A DNA stretch of 64,000 bases from Dendrobates tinctorius. Taxonomy: Eukaryota. Location: contig NW_027361823.1 of assembly GCF_039654945.1 (NCBI RefSeq), positions 29,574,001 through 29,638,000 on the forward strand, written 5' to 3'. Within the stretch, counting starts at the first letter, position 1. Each line of letters begins with the position of its first letter. Below the pieces are notes generated by a model. That model did no database searches, was not told the DNA's origin, and worked only from the letters and a program-made list of their open reading frames with translations. Both the position numbers and the translations under genes were made by a program. Below are positions 41,454-51,277 of the stretch, piece by piece.

Positions 41454-42944
41454 ATGCCCAACCCTTCAGGGGATCTCTGCTTCAGGCCCACCGCTATCTA
41501 TTACGCCTGTGCGCGCTGTAAAAAGAAGTGGGCATCAGGTCAGTCGTCTCCATTCTGCCCCCCCTGCAGTCCTTCCACTATGTCAGCATCTCAGGAGCGC
41601 ACAGAGTCCCGGGCGGAGGGCGCTCTTCCCTCCTCTCTCCCCCCGGAGTGGGCCGTTACAATGTCACAGTCTGTGTCTGACTTGACAAAAGTATCACAGT
41701 CGCTGGTCCAGGTTTTAGAACGATTACCTCAGCTATCCTCAGCCACCTCTGCCCCGACCACCTCTCGGGGTGAGTCGTCCGCACCTGACCGCGACCTTCA
41801 GAGAGACAGACGGGGAAGGTCTTCTAGGAAGCGGGCTCGGTCCTCTTCGTCCTCGAGCTCGCAGGGCCCTTCTGCTCCCAGGCCTCCTTCTCCTTCCTCA
41901 GATGACAGCCTTCAGTCAGGCGATGATTCTTATTCGGAAGCTAGCTCTGAGGGGAACAGCGTTTCTAAAACGCGGGACATGGTCGATAGTTTGCTTGCAG
42001 CTATCTTCCAAACACTAAAACTTAAACAGGATGAGGCTCCAGCTCAGGAAGGCTCGGTTGTCCTTAGACGAGCCAGACCTCCATCCCGAACCTTTCCCAA
42101 TCACAACGATTTTAATACTACCTTAGCCAAACACTGGGAGCGCCCTGAACAACGTTTCTCAGGCCGCAAGTATTTGGACGTTCTGTACCCCTTTGACGCA
42201 GAACTGCTCTCAAAGTGGTCCAAGGCTCCAGAGGTAGATCCTCCAGTATCCCGGATAGCCTCTAAAACGGTTCTCTCTCTTCCAGACGGGGCGTCGCTCA
42301 AAGATCCTTCTGACAGGCAGATTGAATCTCTGGCTAAATCTATCTTTGAGGCATCTGGCACCTCTCTCTGCCCTATTTTCGCATCTGCCTGGGTGGCGAA
42401 GGTCATTTCCGCTTGGGCAAAAATCCTTCGCAAAGGCATCTTAGCGTCAGCTCCTCAAGACGAATTGGCAGATCTTGCAGATCAGATTAACCAGGCGGGA
42501 AAATACCTTTTGGCCGCCTCCTTGGACGCGGCCGGCTGCGTAGCAAGGGCTAACAGCAACATAGTAGCTGTACGCCGAGTCCTTTGGCTAAAGTCATGGA
42601 ATGCGGACACTACTTCGAAAAAGTCGCTTACCAATCTGCCATTCCATGGCTCTAGGCTCTTTGGAGCAAAGCTGGATCAGATAATTTCCGATGCCACTGG
42701 AGGCAAAAGTACTTCGCTTCCCCAGTCTCGACCAAAACGCCCCTTCAACAGAAGGGGGTTTCGACCATTCAGGCCTTTTCGTCCCTTCTCTGCCACGGAG
42801 AGGGCCACTCAACAGGATCGGCCGCCTGCCACCAGGGAGCGGGATCAGAGGAAACCTTCCTACAAACCCGCTCCTCGCTGGAGATCTAGAGGACAATATT
42901 CCAGATCTGCAGGAGCCAATTCCGGCAGATTTTCGTCTAAGTGA
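41454..42944 (+). CDS. DIRS1 Gag (ORF1), 496 aa from the first ATG
   Basis: N-terminal CARC..CPPC finger, Ser-rich linker, PEVDPPV, LKDPSDR, RRVLWLKSW, LPFHGSRLFG; frame is open from 41199. Confidence 0.88.
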   Translation: MPNPSGDLCFRPTAIYYACARCKKKWASGQSSPFCPPCSPSTMSASQERTESRAEGALPSSLPPEWAVTMSQSVSDLTKVSQSLVQVLERLPQLSSATSAPTTSRGESSAPDRDLQRDRRGRSSRKRARSSSSSSSQGPSAPRPPSPSSDDSLQSGDDSYSEASSEGNSVSKTRDMVDSLLAAIFQTLKLKQDEAPAQEGSVVLRRARPPSRTFPNHNDFNTTLAKHWERPEQRFSGRKYLDVLYPFDAELLSKWSKAPEVDPPVSRIASKTVLSLPDGASLKDPSDRQIESLAKSIFEASGTSLCPIFASAWVAKVISAWAKILRKGILASAPQDELADLADQINQAGKYLLAASLDAAGCVARANSNIVAVRRVLWLKSWNADTTSKKSLTNLPFHGSRLFGAKLDQIISDATGGKSTSLPQSRPKRPFNRRGFRPFRPFRPFSATERATQQDRPPATRERDQRKPSYKPAPRWRSRGQYSRSAGANSGRFSSK

Positions 42945-44850
42945 CGGGTCACCCCCACCTGGAATTCCTTCCAGGGTGGGCGGCAGACTTTCCTTTTTCG
43001 CGGATGCTTGGCTGTCCGTTGTAGACGACGCTTGGGTCAGAGAACTCGTCGCATCCGGTTACAAAATCGAATTTGCTTCACTCCCGAACAGACGGTTTTT
43101 CCGGTCTCGGCCTCCGCGACAGCGGGCCCAGATTCCGGGTTTTCTGCAGGCCATTTCCTCCCTTCTTTCCGCCGGAGTCATTGTTCCCGTTCCCTCAGAC
43201 GAATGGTTTTCCGGGTTCTACTCCAATCTCTTTGTAGTCCCGAAGAAAGACGGCTCTCTTCGTCCTATTCTGGACCTCAAATTGCTCAATCGCCACGTGA
43301 AGATTCTCCATTTCAGGATGGAGTCTCTTCGGTCGGTGATTGCTTCCATGGAGCCCGGGGAATTTCTCTGCTCGGTGGACATTCGGGATGCCTATCTCCA
43401 CATTCCAATATGTGTGCAACATCAGAAGTATCTTCGATTTGCGTTTCAGGGAGACCACTTTCAGTTCACAGCTCTTCCTTTCGGCCTGGCTTCAGCGCCC
43501 CGGGTTTTCACGAAGGTGATGGCGACTGTGATGGCCATCCTTCGCTCCAGAGGGATCCTCATCATCCCTTATCTGGACGATCTTTTGATCAAGGGTTCGT
43601 CTCGCCAGGACTGTCTCCGGAGCCTTCAGATAACCCTGGACACTCTCAGCCGCCTAGGTTGGCTAGTCAACAAGGAGAAGTCCATTCTGGTCCCCACCCA
43701 GCGTCTGACCTTTCTGGGTATGGAATTCGACACGGAGCTAGCCCGTGTTTTTCTTCCAAAGGAAAAGTTTGCAACTCTGTCCAAGTGCATCAGATCTCTC
43801 AAGAGGCCTGTTCCCATTCCCATTCGGTTCGGCATGAAGGTCCTGGGGAAGATGGTGGCCTCCATGGAGGCAGTGCCCTTTGCGCAGTACCACCTTCGCC
43901 CTCTCCAGCTGTCTCTGCTTTCAGCCTGGGACAAGACCACGATGTCCTTGGACCGTCCTATTCGGCTTCCTCTCAGAGTGAGGCAGTCTCTCACTTGGTG
44001 GCTACGGCCAGCGTCAGTTCTCCAAGGGAGGTCCTTCCTTCCTCCTCAGTGGCAAATCATCACCACCGATGCAAGCCTTCTAGGATGGGGTGCCGTGTTC
44101 CATCAGAAAGCGGCCCAAGGACGCTGGAAGCCACAGGAGTCTCTCCTTCCAATCAATCTTTTGGAGATCAGGGCGATTTTCCTTGCCCTTCTTCACTGGC
44201 AGCCCCTCCTTTCCGGCAAGCCGGTCCGCATTCAGTCGGACAACGCCACGGCCGTGGCGTACATAAACCATCAGGGGGGTACGCGCAGCAAACAGGTAAT
44301 GTCAGAAGTGGCCAAGATATTCCGCTGGGCAGAACGTTACGTTCCGACAATCTCTGCCGTCCATATTCCAGGGGTGGAAAATTGGGCAGCCGACTTTCTG
44401 AGTCGCCAGGGCCTAGCGTCCGGCGAATGGTCCCTGCACCCCGCGGTTTTCTCTCAGATATGCGACCGTTGGGGCACCCCGGATGTCGATCTCATGGCAT
44501 CTCGGATGAACCACAAGGTACCGCAGTTCGTAGCCAGGTCCAGGGACCCTCTAGCCGTCGCATGCGACGCACTGGTGACTCCGTGGTCCCAGTTTCAACT
44601 TCCGTATTTGTTCCCGCCTCTGGCATTGATCCCTCGGGTGGTAAAAAAGATAAAATCAGAAGGCGTACCAGTGATTCTAGTTGCTCCAGATTGGCCAAGA
44701 CGGCCTTGGTACGCGGAGCTGGTCAACATGCTCGCGGACGTTCCCTGGAGGCTTCCGGACCGTCCAGACCTTCTCTCGCAAGGCCCCCTTTACCACGAGA
44801 ATTCTCAGTCTCTGAGTTTGACGGCATGGCCATTGAGACCGCAATTCTAA
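42691..44850 (+). CDS. DIRS1 reverse transcriptase - RNase H - Dam-like methyltransferase
   Basis: RPILDL, DIRDAY, LPFG, YLDD; RNase H TTDAS / LEIRA / SDN / ADFLSR; MT-like DLMAS..YLFPP..APDWPRRPW; true start uncertain. Confidence 0.95.
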   Translation: MPLEAKVLRFPSLDQNAPSTEGGFDHSGLFVPSLPRRGPLNRIGRLPPGSGIRGNLPTNPLLAGDLEDNIPDLQEPIPADFRLSDGSPPPGIPSRVGGRLSFFADAWLSVVDDAWVRELVASGYKIEFASLPNRRFFRSRPPRQRAQIPGFLQAISSLLSAGVIVPVPSDEWFSGFYSNLFVVPKKDGSLRPILDLKLLNRHVKILHFRMESLRSVIASMEPGEFLCSVDIRDAYLHIPICVQHQKYLRFAFQGDHFQFTALPFGLASAPRVFTKVMATVMAILRSRGILIIPYLDDLLIKGSSRQDCLRSLQITLDTLSRLGWLVNKEKSILVPTQRLTFLGMEFDTELARVFLPKEKFATLSKCIRSLKRPVPIPIRFGMKVLGKMVASMEAVPFAQYHLRPLQLSLLSAWDKTTMSLDRPIRLPLRVRQSLTWWLRPASVLQGRSFLPPQWQIITTDASLLGWGAVFHQKAAQGRWKPQESLLPINLLEIRAIFLALLHWQPLLSGKPVRIQSDNATAVAYINHQGGTRSKQVMSEVAKIFRWAERYVPTISAVHIPGVENWAADFLSRQGLASGEWSLHPAVFSQICDRWGTPDVDLMASRMNHKVPQFVARSRDPLAVACDALVTPWSQFQLPYLFPPLALIPRVVKKIKSEGVPVILVAPDWPRRPWYAELVNMLADVPWRLPDRPDLLSQGPLYHENSQSLSLTAWPLRPQF

Positions 44851-45875
44851 AGGAATCAGGTCTGTCCAGTCAGGTTATTCAAACTATGATCAGAGCCAGG
44901 AAACCAGCCTCTTCCCGCATTTACTTTAGGTACTGGAAGGCTTTTTTCCGTTGGTGCGATGATAGCAAAGTCTTCCCAATGTCGTTTTCTATCCCGTCTA
45001 TCCTAGGGTTTCTTCAAGCTGGGTTAGACGCGGGTCTGTCCCTCAGTACGCTCAAGGGCCAGGTTTCCGCTCTCTCTATCCTCTTCCAGAGAGAGCTAGC
45101 TTCTCTACCACAGGTCAAGACTTTTCTACAAGGGGTTTCCCACGTGGCTCCCCCTCATCATTCGCCAATAGACCCGTGGGATCTCAACCTCGTTCTTAGC
45201 GCGCTCCAGAAGGCGCCGTTCGAGCCTCTCCAGGACATTCCTTTGTCCCTTCTCTCTTGGAAGGTCACCTTTTTGATCGCCATTTCCTCCATCAGAAGAG
45301 TTTCTGAATTGGCGGCCTTGTCATGTCGTTCCCCTTACCTCATTCTCCATCAGGACAAAGCCGTCCTCAGGCCCGTTCCTTCTTTTCTTCCAAAGGTGGT
45401 TTCCGCTTTCCACATCAATGAGGATATCGTCCTTCCTTCTTTTTGTCCGGCTCCATCTCATCCTCTTGAGAAGTCTCTCCACAAACTGGACGTAGTTAGA
45501 GCCCTGCGTGTCTATCTTGCCAGGACCTCTTCCTTCCGTCTGTCCGATTCCTTGCTAATCATCTCTGAAGGTCGCCAGAAGGGCCTTCCGGCTTCCAAAT
45601 CCACTATCGCTCGCTGGATTCGTTCTACCATTCTGGAAGCGTATCGTCTTCAGGAAAAGCGGCCCCCTCCGGGAGTAAGAGCTCATTCCACCCGGGCTGT
45701 GGCGGCTTCGTGGGCTGCTCGTCACCAGGCCTCGGCCATGCAAATTTGCAAGGCTGCAACCTGGTCATCCTTGCACACCTTCACGAGGTTCTACAGGGTT
45801 CATACCCAGGCCTCGTCTGATGCTGTGGTTGGTAGGAAGGTTCTGCAGGCGGCGGTGGCTCACCGGCCGACCTGA
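43008..45875 (+). CDS. DIRS1 tyrosine recombinase ORF; recombinase domain ~44826-45875 preceded by a long frame overlapping RT
   Basis: SIRRVSEL (R), HSTR (HxxR), ATWSSLHTFTRFY (W,Y); the frame is open from 42945. Confidence 0.93.
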   Translation: MAVRCRRRLGQRTRRIRLQNRICFTPEQTVFPVSASATAGPDSGFSAGHFLPSFRRSHCSRSLRRMVFRVLLQSLCSPEERRLSSSYSGPQIAQSPREDSPFQDGVSSVGDCFHGARGISLLGGHSGCLSPHSNMCATSEVSSICVSGRPLSVHSSSFRPGFSAPGFHEGDGDCDGHPSLQRDPHHPLSGRSFDQGFVSPGLSPEPSDNPGHSQPPRLASQQGEVHSGPHPASDLSGYGIRHGASPCFSSKGKVCNSVQVHQISQEACSHSHSVRHEGPGEDGGLHGGSALCAVPPSPSPAVSAFSLGQDHDVLGPSYSASSQSEAVSHLVATASVSSPREVLPSSSVANHHHRCKPSRMGCRVPSESGPRTLEATGVSPSNQSFGDQGDFPCPSSLAAPPFRQAGPHSVGQRHGRGVHKPSGGYAQQTGNVRSGQDIPLGRTLRSDNLCRPYSRGGKLGSRLSESPGPSVRRMVPAPRGFLSDMRPLGHPGCRSHGISDEPQGTAVRSQVQGPSSRRMRRTGDSVVPVSTSVFVPASGIDPSGGKKDKIRRRTSDSSCSRLAKTALVRGAGQHARGRSLEASGPSRPSLARPPLPREFSVSEFDGMAIETAILKESGLSSQVIQTMIRARKPASSRIYFRYWKAFFRWCDDSKVFPMSFSIPSILGFLQAGLDAGLSLSTLKGQVSALSILFQRELASLPQVKTFLQGVSHVAPPHHSPIDPWDLNLVLSALQKAPFEPLQDIPLSLLSWKVTFLIAISSIRRVSELAALSCRSPYLILHQDKAVLRPVPSFLPKVVSAFHINEDIVLPSFCPAPSHPLEKSLHKLDVVRALRVYLARTSSFRLSDSLLIISEGRQKGLPASKSTIARWIRSTILEAYRLQEKRPPPGVRAHSTRAVAASWAARHQASAMQICKAATWSSLHTFTRFYRVHTQASSDAVVGRKVLQAAVAHRPT

Positions 45876-47139
45876 GCCTTTCGGTTACTTTCGTTCCTTT
45901 TTGCTGTTCCCACCCTTGGGACTGCTTTGGGACGTCCCATGGTATTCTGTGTCCCCCAATAAGGCGATAAAGAAAGATGGATTTTTGGTTCTTACCGTAA
46001 AATCTCTTTCTTGGAGCCTTCATTGGGGGACACAGCACCCTCCCTTTTTCAGTTGTACCGTGTTGGGTCTTAGAGTCCCCTGTTGGGTTGGTACATATGG
46101 TTCGAGTTTTTTCTCGTTGCTTCTACTGCTTTTTCACCAACTGAGGTGCTTGGTGCCTGTCGGTGGGTGTATACTGCCGGGGAGGAGCTAATTTTATTGT
46201 TTTTGCATAGTGTCAGCCTCCTAGCAGCAGCAGCATACACCCATGGTATTCTGTGTCCCCCAATGAAGGCTCCAAGAAAGAGATTTTACGGTAAGAACCA
46301 AAAATCCATCTTTTTGTAACTTATATGATTTGGATCCAAAAACTTTGGATCCAGTATCTGGTTGAAAATTTGCTGAATATTTAGTTCTTAAAGGATTGTC
46401 CTATTCAGCAGTAACTAAATTGATCGCTGGTGTTTCATTCTTTCTCAAACTCTTAGGCTCTCCCCACCTTTGACAGCTTTCAAAAATTGCTTCAAAAGGA
46501 AAGAAAGGATTTAGGAAAAACAATTTCAAGCTGGATGCGAGACATCCAATTTCTTTACCATTGTTAAAAAATCTATGTTTATCCCTTAATTCAGTTTGCT
46601 TGAATCCGTACGAAGCATCGTTATTTTCTACAGCATTTTTAATTGCGTTTTTTGGTGCTTTGCGTATAGGCGAGTTAATGTCTTCAAAAAAGTCGGAACC
46701 TTCCGAACTGATTTCTGATGTTGAGCTTCACGAGCTGTATATAACTTTGTTTATAAGAAAATAAAAAACAGATCAATTGGGAAGGGGGTCTAGATTGATT
46801 GATATTTTCCCTGACTCGGTCCTATGCCCTGTCAGTAATTAAAAAAAAAAATGGGGTGAAATCCATCCTAAAGTGCAAGGTCCTTTATTTTTACATTCGG
46901 ATCTTTCCCCTGCTACCATTTTCCAATTTAATATTTTGTTAAAGAAATGTCTACCTTTTTTGGGAAAAGAAAACTTAAGAATTACCTCCCACTCATTTAG
47001 AATTGGGGCCGCTATGGAAGCTGCCAGGGCTGGCCTTTCAGATTCAAGAATAAAAAGTTTGGGTAGATGGGATTCAAAAAGATTTAAATTATACATTCGT
47101 CATGAGTTATATGATTACTAGCACTTTATTTAATTTTAG

Positions 47140-47730
47140 GCCCTTTGGTTGTTTGGATCATCGGCCATTCCTTTGTGTTTTGGGCCCAGAAGAGGGCTAA
47201 ACTTCGCTATTATTCCGAGAACTTATCATTCAGCCCTACTTCAGTTCAGATTTATTGGCACAGCATTCGAGGAATGAAGTGGTCAAGTTTTGTTTTAGAG
47301 TTTAAGAAATGTTATAGGTTTTTTTCCATGTCCTGATTTAGTTATATTTCATATTGGTGGTAATGATCTAGGGAAAATGAAGACTTTGGACCTGCTCGCA
47401 TTAATGAGATTGGATGTTTCGGTTTTGAAACAATCCTTTCGTAATACGGACTTCGTTTTCTCGGAGATCATACCCAGACTTTTATGGAAGAGGAATGGTT
47501 TATATTTCATGAACAAGATACGTATAAGGGTTAACAGGGGCATTCAAAAATTTTTACCATTGATTAATGATTTTTCTTTTCGGCACACAGAGCTCGAGGG
47601 TTTTATTTCGGGCTTATATAGACAGGACTTGGTTCATTTGTTCGACATTGGACTGGACATTTTTAATTTGGATTTGCATTCTATGGTAGAGAAGTGGCTG
47701 TGTGGTTTTGGGGGGGCCATGTCTCAGTGA
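47140..47730 (+). pseudogene. Ngaro SGNH/GDSL hydrolase ORF, one frameshift near 47330
   Basis: Block I WIIGHS, block II RGMKW, block III HIGGND, block V DLVH. Confidence 0.85.
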
Positions 47731-48799
47731 GCCCTGGCTTTTGGGAAAATCGCCCGTTAAGGGGCGGATTGTTTCTCTGGTATGGTAATATTGGATAATT
47801 TTATGGAATTATTTAACGGTTTGGTTATTTATCAACCCAAAAAACTCACTGCCACTTTTCTTCCATTATTAAAGTGTGTGGTGTCATTTATTTACGGATA
47901 TCGGTCCTGTAGGGCCATGTCAGCCCCCCCCCCCGCAATAAAGGAATACATAAAGGGGGGGTCCCATGGCCATACGGGCCATAATAATATTTATTTCCAT
48001 TTTAATTAAAAATGGGTGAAAAGTGGGCTGGGTGCCCTCAGTATGGTTTGTGGAGAAGGGCATATCTGGTTTCCTTGGCGACGTTTTAACGGGCCAGGAT
48101 TGGCTGGAGAAACTTGGCGGCTTTTCTGTGTAAATAAAAAGCCCTGCACTGGCAGTTTTTACCTCAGACAACATTTTCCTGAAGAAAGAAGATTCCCTCT
48201 CCCTCCCTAATTTTCAGATTATCTGTCGTGATGTTTTATTGTGGGAAAATCGCCCGTTAAGGGGCGGATTGTTTCTCTGGTATGGTAATATTGGATAATT
48301 TTATGGAAAAAGGTTTGGTTATTTATTTATTAGCCCAAAATAAACTCACGGCCACTTTTCTTCCATTATTAAAGTGTGTGTGGTGTAATTTATTTACTGA
48401 TATCGGTCCTGTAGGGCCTTGTGCTGTCCTGGCTGCTGTGCGACTGATCTGTGATCGCTGCAGTAACCCCAATCCTTGTTCACCCCAGCCACCCCACTCC
48501 CAATTGTATTTTTGGCGCTTTTTCCTTGTGTGCGACCTTCTGCACTGAGCAATAGTGCTTTTCCCGTGGCTGCAGCGTTCTGATGAGCATCGCTGCTGAT
48601 CAGTCTATGCAAAGGGATTTTCTTTTTTAGTTAGAAAAAAAATATGGTAGTTAGCAGGGCTGTGGAGTCGGTGTTATGGAAATTGAGGAACTTTATAGGT
48701 AGGGAGGCAGTGTTGTGTTTTTTTTTTTTTGTTTTGTTTTTTTTTCCCAAAAGAAATAAGAATTTTTTTTGCTGGGTAACTTCTTAGCTAGTTCATCAG

Positions 48800-50400
48800 G
48801 GGACAAATTTGTATGCTCATCAATTTTTCACCCAGAATCCCACGTCAGGTACCCCTGTAAATGCAGCAGAAATTCTAACATTACAGGGCGTTGTGCTGCA
48901 TGTGGGCATAGTCAGGAAACCAGAGCTTCGGCAATGCAGGATATACTATAATATATACTCTACAGTACGCCGGTATTCTGTATGGCCATGTCAAAGACAC
49001 AGTTTGAAGGGATACAATATTTTTTTTTTTTTTTGCATTCTAGCGATCATGCACAGTGTCCTTCCGGAGAAGATCCTGCCTTTGATCGTCTATAAAATTT
49101 GTCCAGTAGTTGACCACTTGAGCAGAAAATTTGCTGAGGCGTACAACCCCCAAAGGGACATCGCTATAGATGAATCTCTGGTTCATTTCAAAGGGAGACC
49201 AATGTTCTGACAAGCCCTGCCCAGTAAGTGGGCCAGATAAGAAATTAAACTGTACAAGCTGTGGGAGGGTACCTCAAGGGTACACCCGCAGATTTAGGGT
49301 CTACAAAATGGACACCTTGATTGTAACCGTCCTGAATGCCCACCTATCCTGGGGGTATTTGGGGAAAATTGTGTGGGGAATTGCTGCACCCACTGCTGGG
49401 TAAGGGTTATCACCTTTTACCTAGATAACTTTTACACTAGCATTCCACTCTTCAAGACAGTCTCCGTCAAGGTATGTGCACATGATCCATAAATGCTGCG
49501 GGTTGGACGCTGCGTACTTGTGCAATGTCCAACCCGCAGCGTCCAGATGTTAAAGCATAATGGATGGGATTTTTGTGTCCGCAGAAGCCCGCGGCTCACT
49601 TGTGGAGAAGGACATGTGGCGCGTCTTTCCAGACCGCAACATGTCAATTTCTCTTGTGAAAGAAATGCCACTCATACAATGTATTGGACGCGGCGAATCC
49701 ACACGGTTTAGTGAACGCAAGCGGAATCGCCTGTGTTCAGTAGCTGGCAGTGCTTGGATGCATCGGACATGTGCTGCGTCCGAAGCACTGTCAATTCCTG
49801 ATCCACTGCACAAACACTGAGAGGTACAGTTGCATGTGACACTGCTAAAAAAAAAATCAGACGCCTCCCTAAGCCACCAACTGGGCAAATGCTGAGATGG
49901 GGCGAAAGCAGAGCCCAATGCAGCGACAACATGATGGGGATCAAATATAAGGACATGAGGGATGTCCTTATCTTGACCACCATACACCATGACAACAGCT
50001 CCCCTGTCACTGTTCAAGATACCACAACCCAAGTCCCAAAGCCAGAATGTATCCTTGATTATAAGTAGATGGGGGGGTGTTGGTCTCCTCAAACCATGCG
50101 AAAAGCTAAATTATGTTACAAAAAATTGGGGACTTCAGTTTCAAGAGGTAGTCATCAAGGCCTTAATATTTGGCACTCAGGAAGGTGAAGGTCCAAGTAC
50201 ATCTGAAACTGATGGTGCCGGTTCGGATCACGTCAACATTTTCCAGGAGGGGTTCCCCAAGCAGCGAAGAAGGGAAGATCACAAAAAAGGTGCAGCGTAT
50301 GCTCCAAGAGGAGAATACAAACAAAACACAATTTACCATTGTGAAACCTGGCCCTTGCATTAAGGATTGCTTCAGAGCATAATTTATTTTTACCCTGTTG
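48800..50400 (+). pseudogene. piggyBac (PGBD4-like) transposase relic, interrupted by a MITE at ~49470-49820
   Basis: DRLYKI.P, IAIDESLVHFKGR, KGYH..DNFYTS, KPEC, MGGV and a C-terminal Cys-rich remnant; many frameshifts. Confidence 0.8.
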
Positions 50401-50504
50401 ACACACCACACTTTTATAATCTGATGTACTCCACAGAACTTGCACATACCTCCACATTATAAATTCATACATGAGCAAAAGCATTATTATCATTACTATA
50501 AATA

Positions 50505-51248
50505 TGCCTCTAGATACATTTCTTGAGTGGTGTAGTTCCCACTTGTGGGGAGTTTCCACTGTTTAGGCATGTCAGGGGCTCTCCAAATGTGACATGGCAA
50601 GCGCAGACCATTCCATCAAAATCTGTTCTCCAAATGGTCATTCTTGACGTGAGCCTTGCCATGCTCTCAAACTGTAGTTTTCCACCATATATGTGCTATT
50701 GTCGTGTCCCGGGAAAATTGCACAATTTTTGGGGTACATTTTCTCTTGTTACACTTGTGAAAAAAAATTTGGGTCTAAAGTAAAACTTTTGTGAAAAACA
50801 AAAAAAGGTAAATGTTAATTTCTTTCCTTCCACATTCCATTAATTCCGGTGTAGCACCTGAAGGGTTTATAAACTTCTTGAATGTGCTTTTCAGCGCTTT
50901 GAGGGGTGCAGTTTTAATTTTAACCTTTCTAACTGCCTAGTAAAAAAAAAAAAAAAAAAAATTGTTTAAAAATTGTTCTGCTGTAAAGTAGACATGTGGG
51001 AAATGTTAACTCTGATTTAAGGGCAGAAAATGGCTAAATTTTCAAAATATTTGCCAAATTTTTGATATTTTCACAAACGCAAGTCGTATCGAACAAATTT
51101 TACCCCTATTGTGAAGTACAATGTCACGTGAAGTGTCCGAATCGGTGCGATACGTTGAAGTGTTCTAGTGTTATGACCTCATAAATTCACACTGGTCAGA
51201 AAAAAATTGGCCTGGCCATGAAGATGAAAATGTTTCTGGGTGAGGGGT
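50505..51248 (+). mobile_element. Right arm of the piggyBac element
   Basis: Homologous to the right subterminal sequence of elements A and B; ends ..GGGTGAGGGG|TTCA (degenerate TTAA). Confidence 0.7.
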
Positions 51249-51277
51249 TCAAAATCTGTCATGATCCTGTCCTGTTA

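Larger units (their letters stand above)
40228..46313 (+). mobile_element. Apparently intact DIRS1-group retrotransposon (copy 2)
   Basis: 126-bp ITRs (40243-40368 / 46139-46264), identical by eye; ICR ~45937-46036 complementary to both ends; TTT termini; three uninterrupted ORFs. Confidence 0.97.
40150..47121 (+). pseudogene. Ngaro tyrosine recombinase, interrupted by DIRS1 copy 2
   Basis: SLSERSWADYSAAW..WYN before the insertion; after it FFGALRIGEL (R), HSFRIGAA (HxxR) and LGRWDSKRFKLY (W,Y). Confidence 0.88.
31188..48418 (+). mobile_element. Ngaro-group tyrosine-recombinase retrotransposon, decayed, with three nested insertions
   Basis: Split direct repeats in A1..B1-A2-B2 order: A1 31188-31467, B1 47742-47916, A2 47919-48196, B2 48242-48418; gag, RT/RH, YR and SGNH-hydrolase remnants in order. 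Confidence 0.92.
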
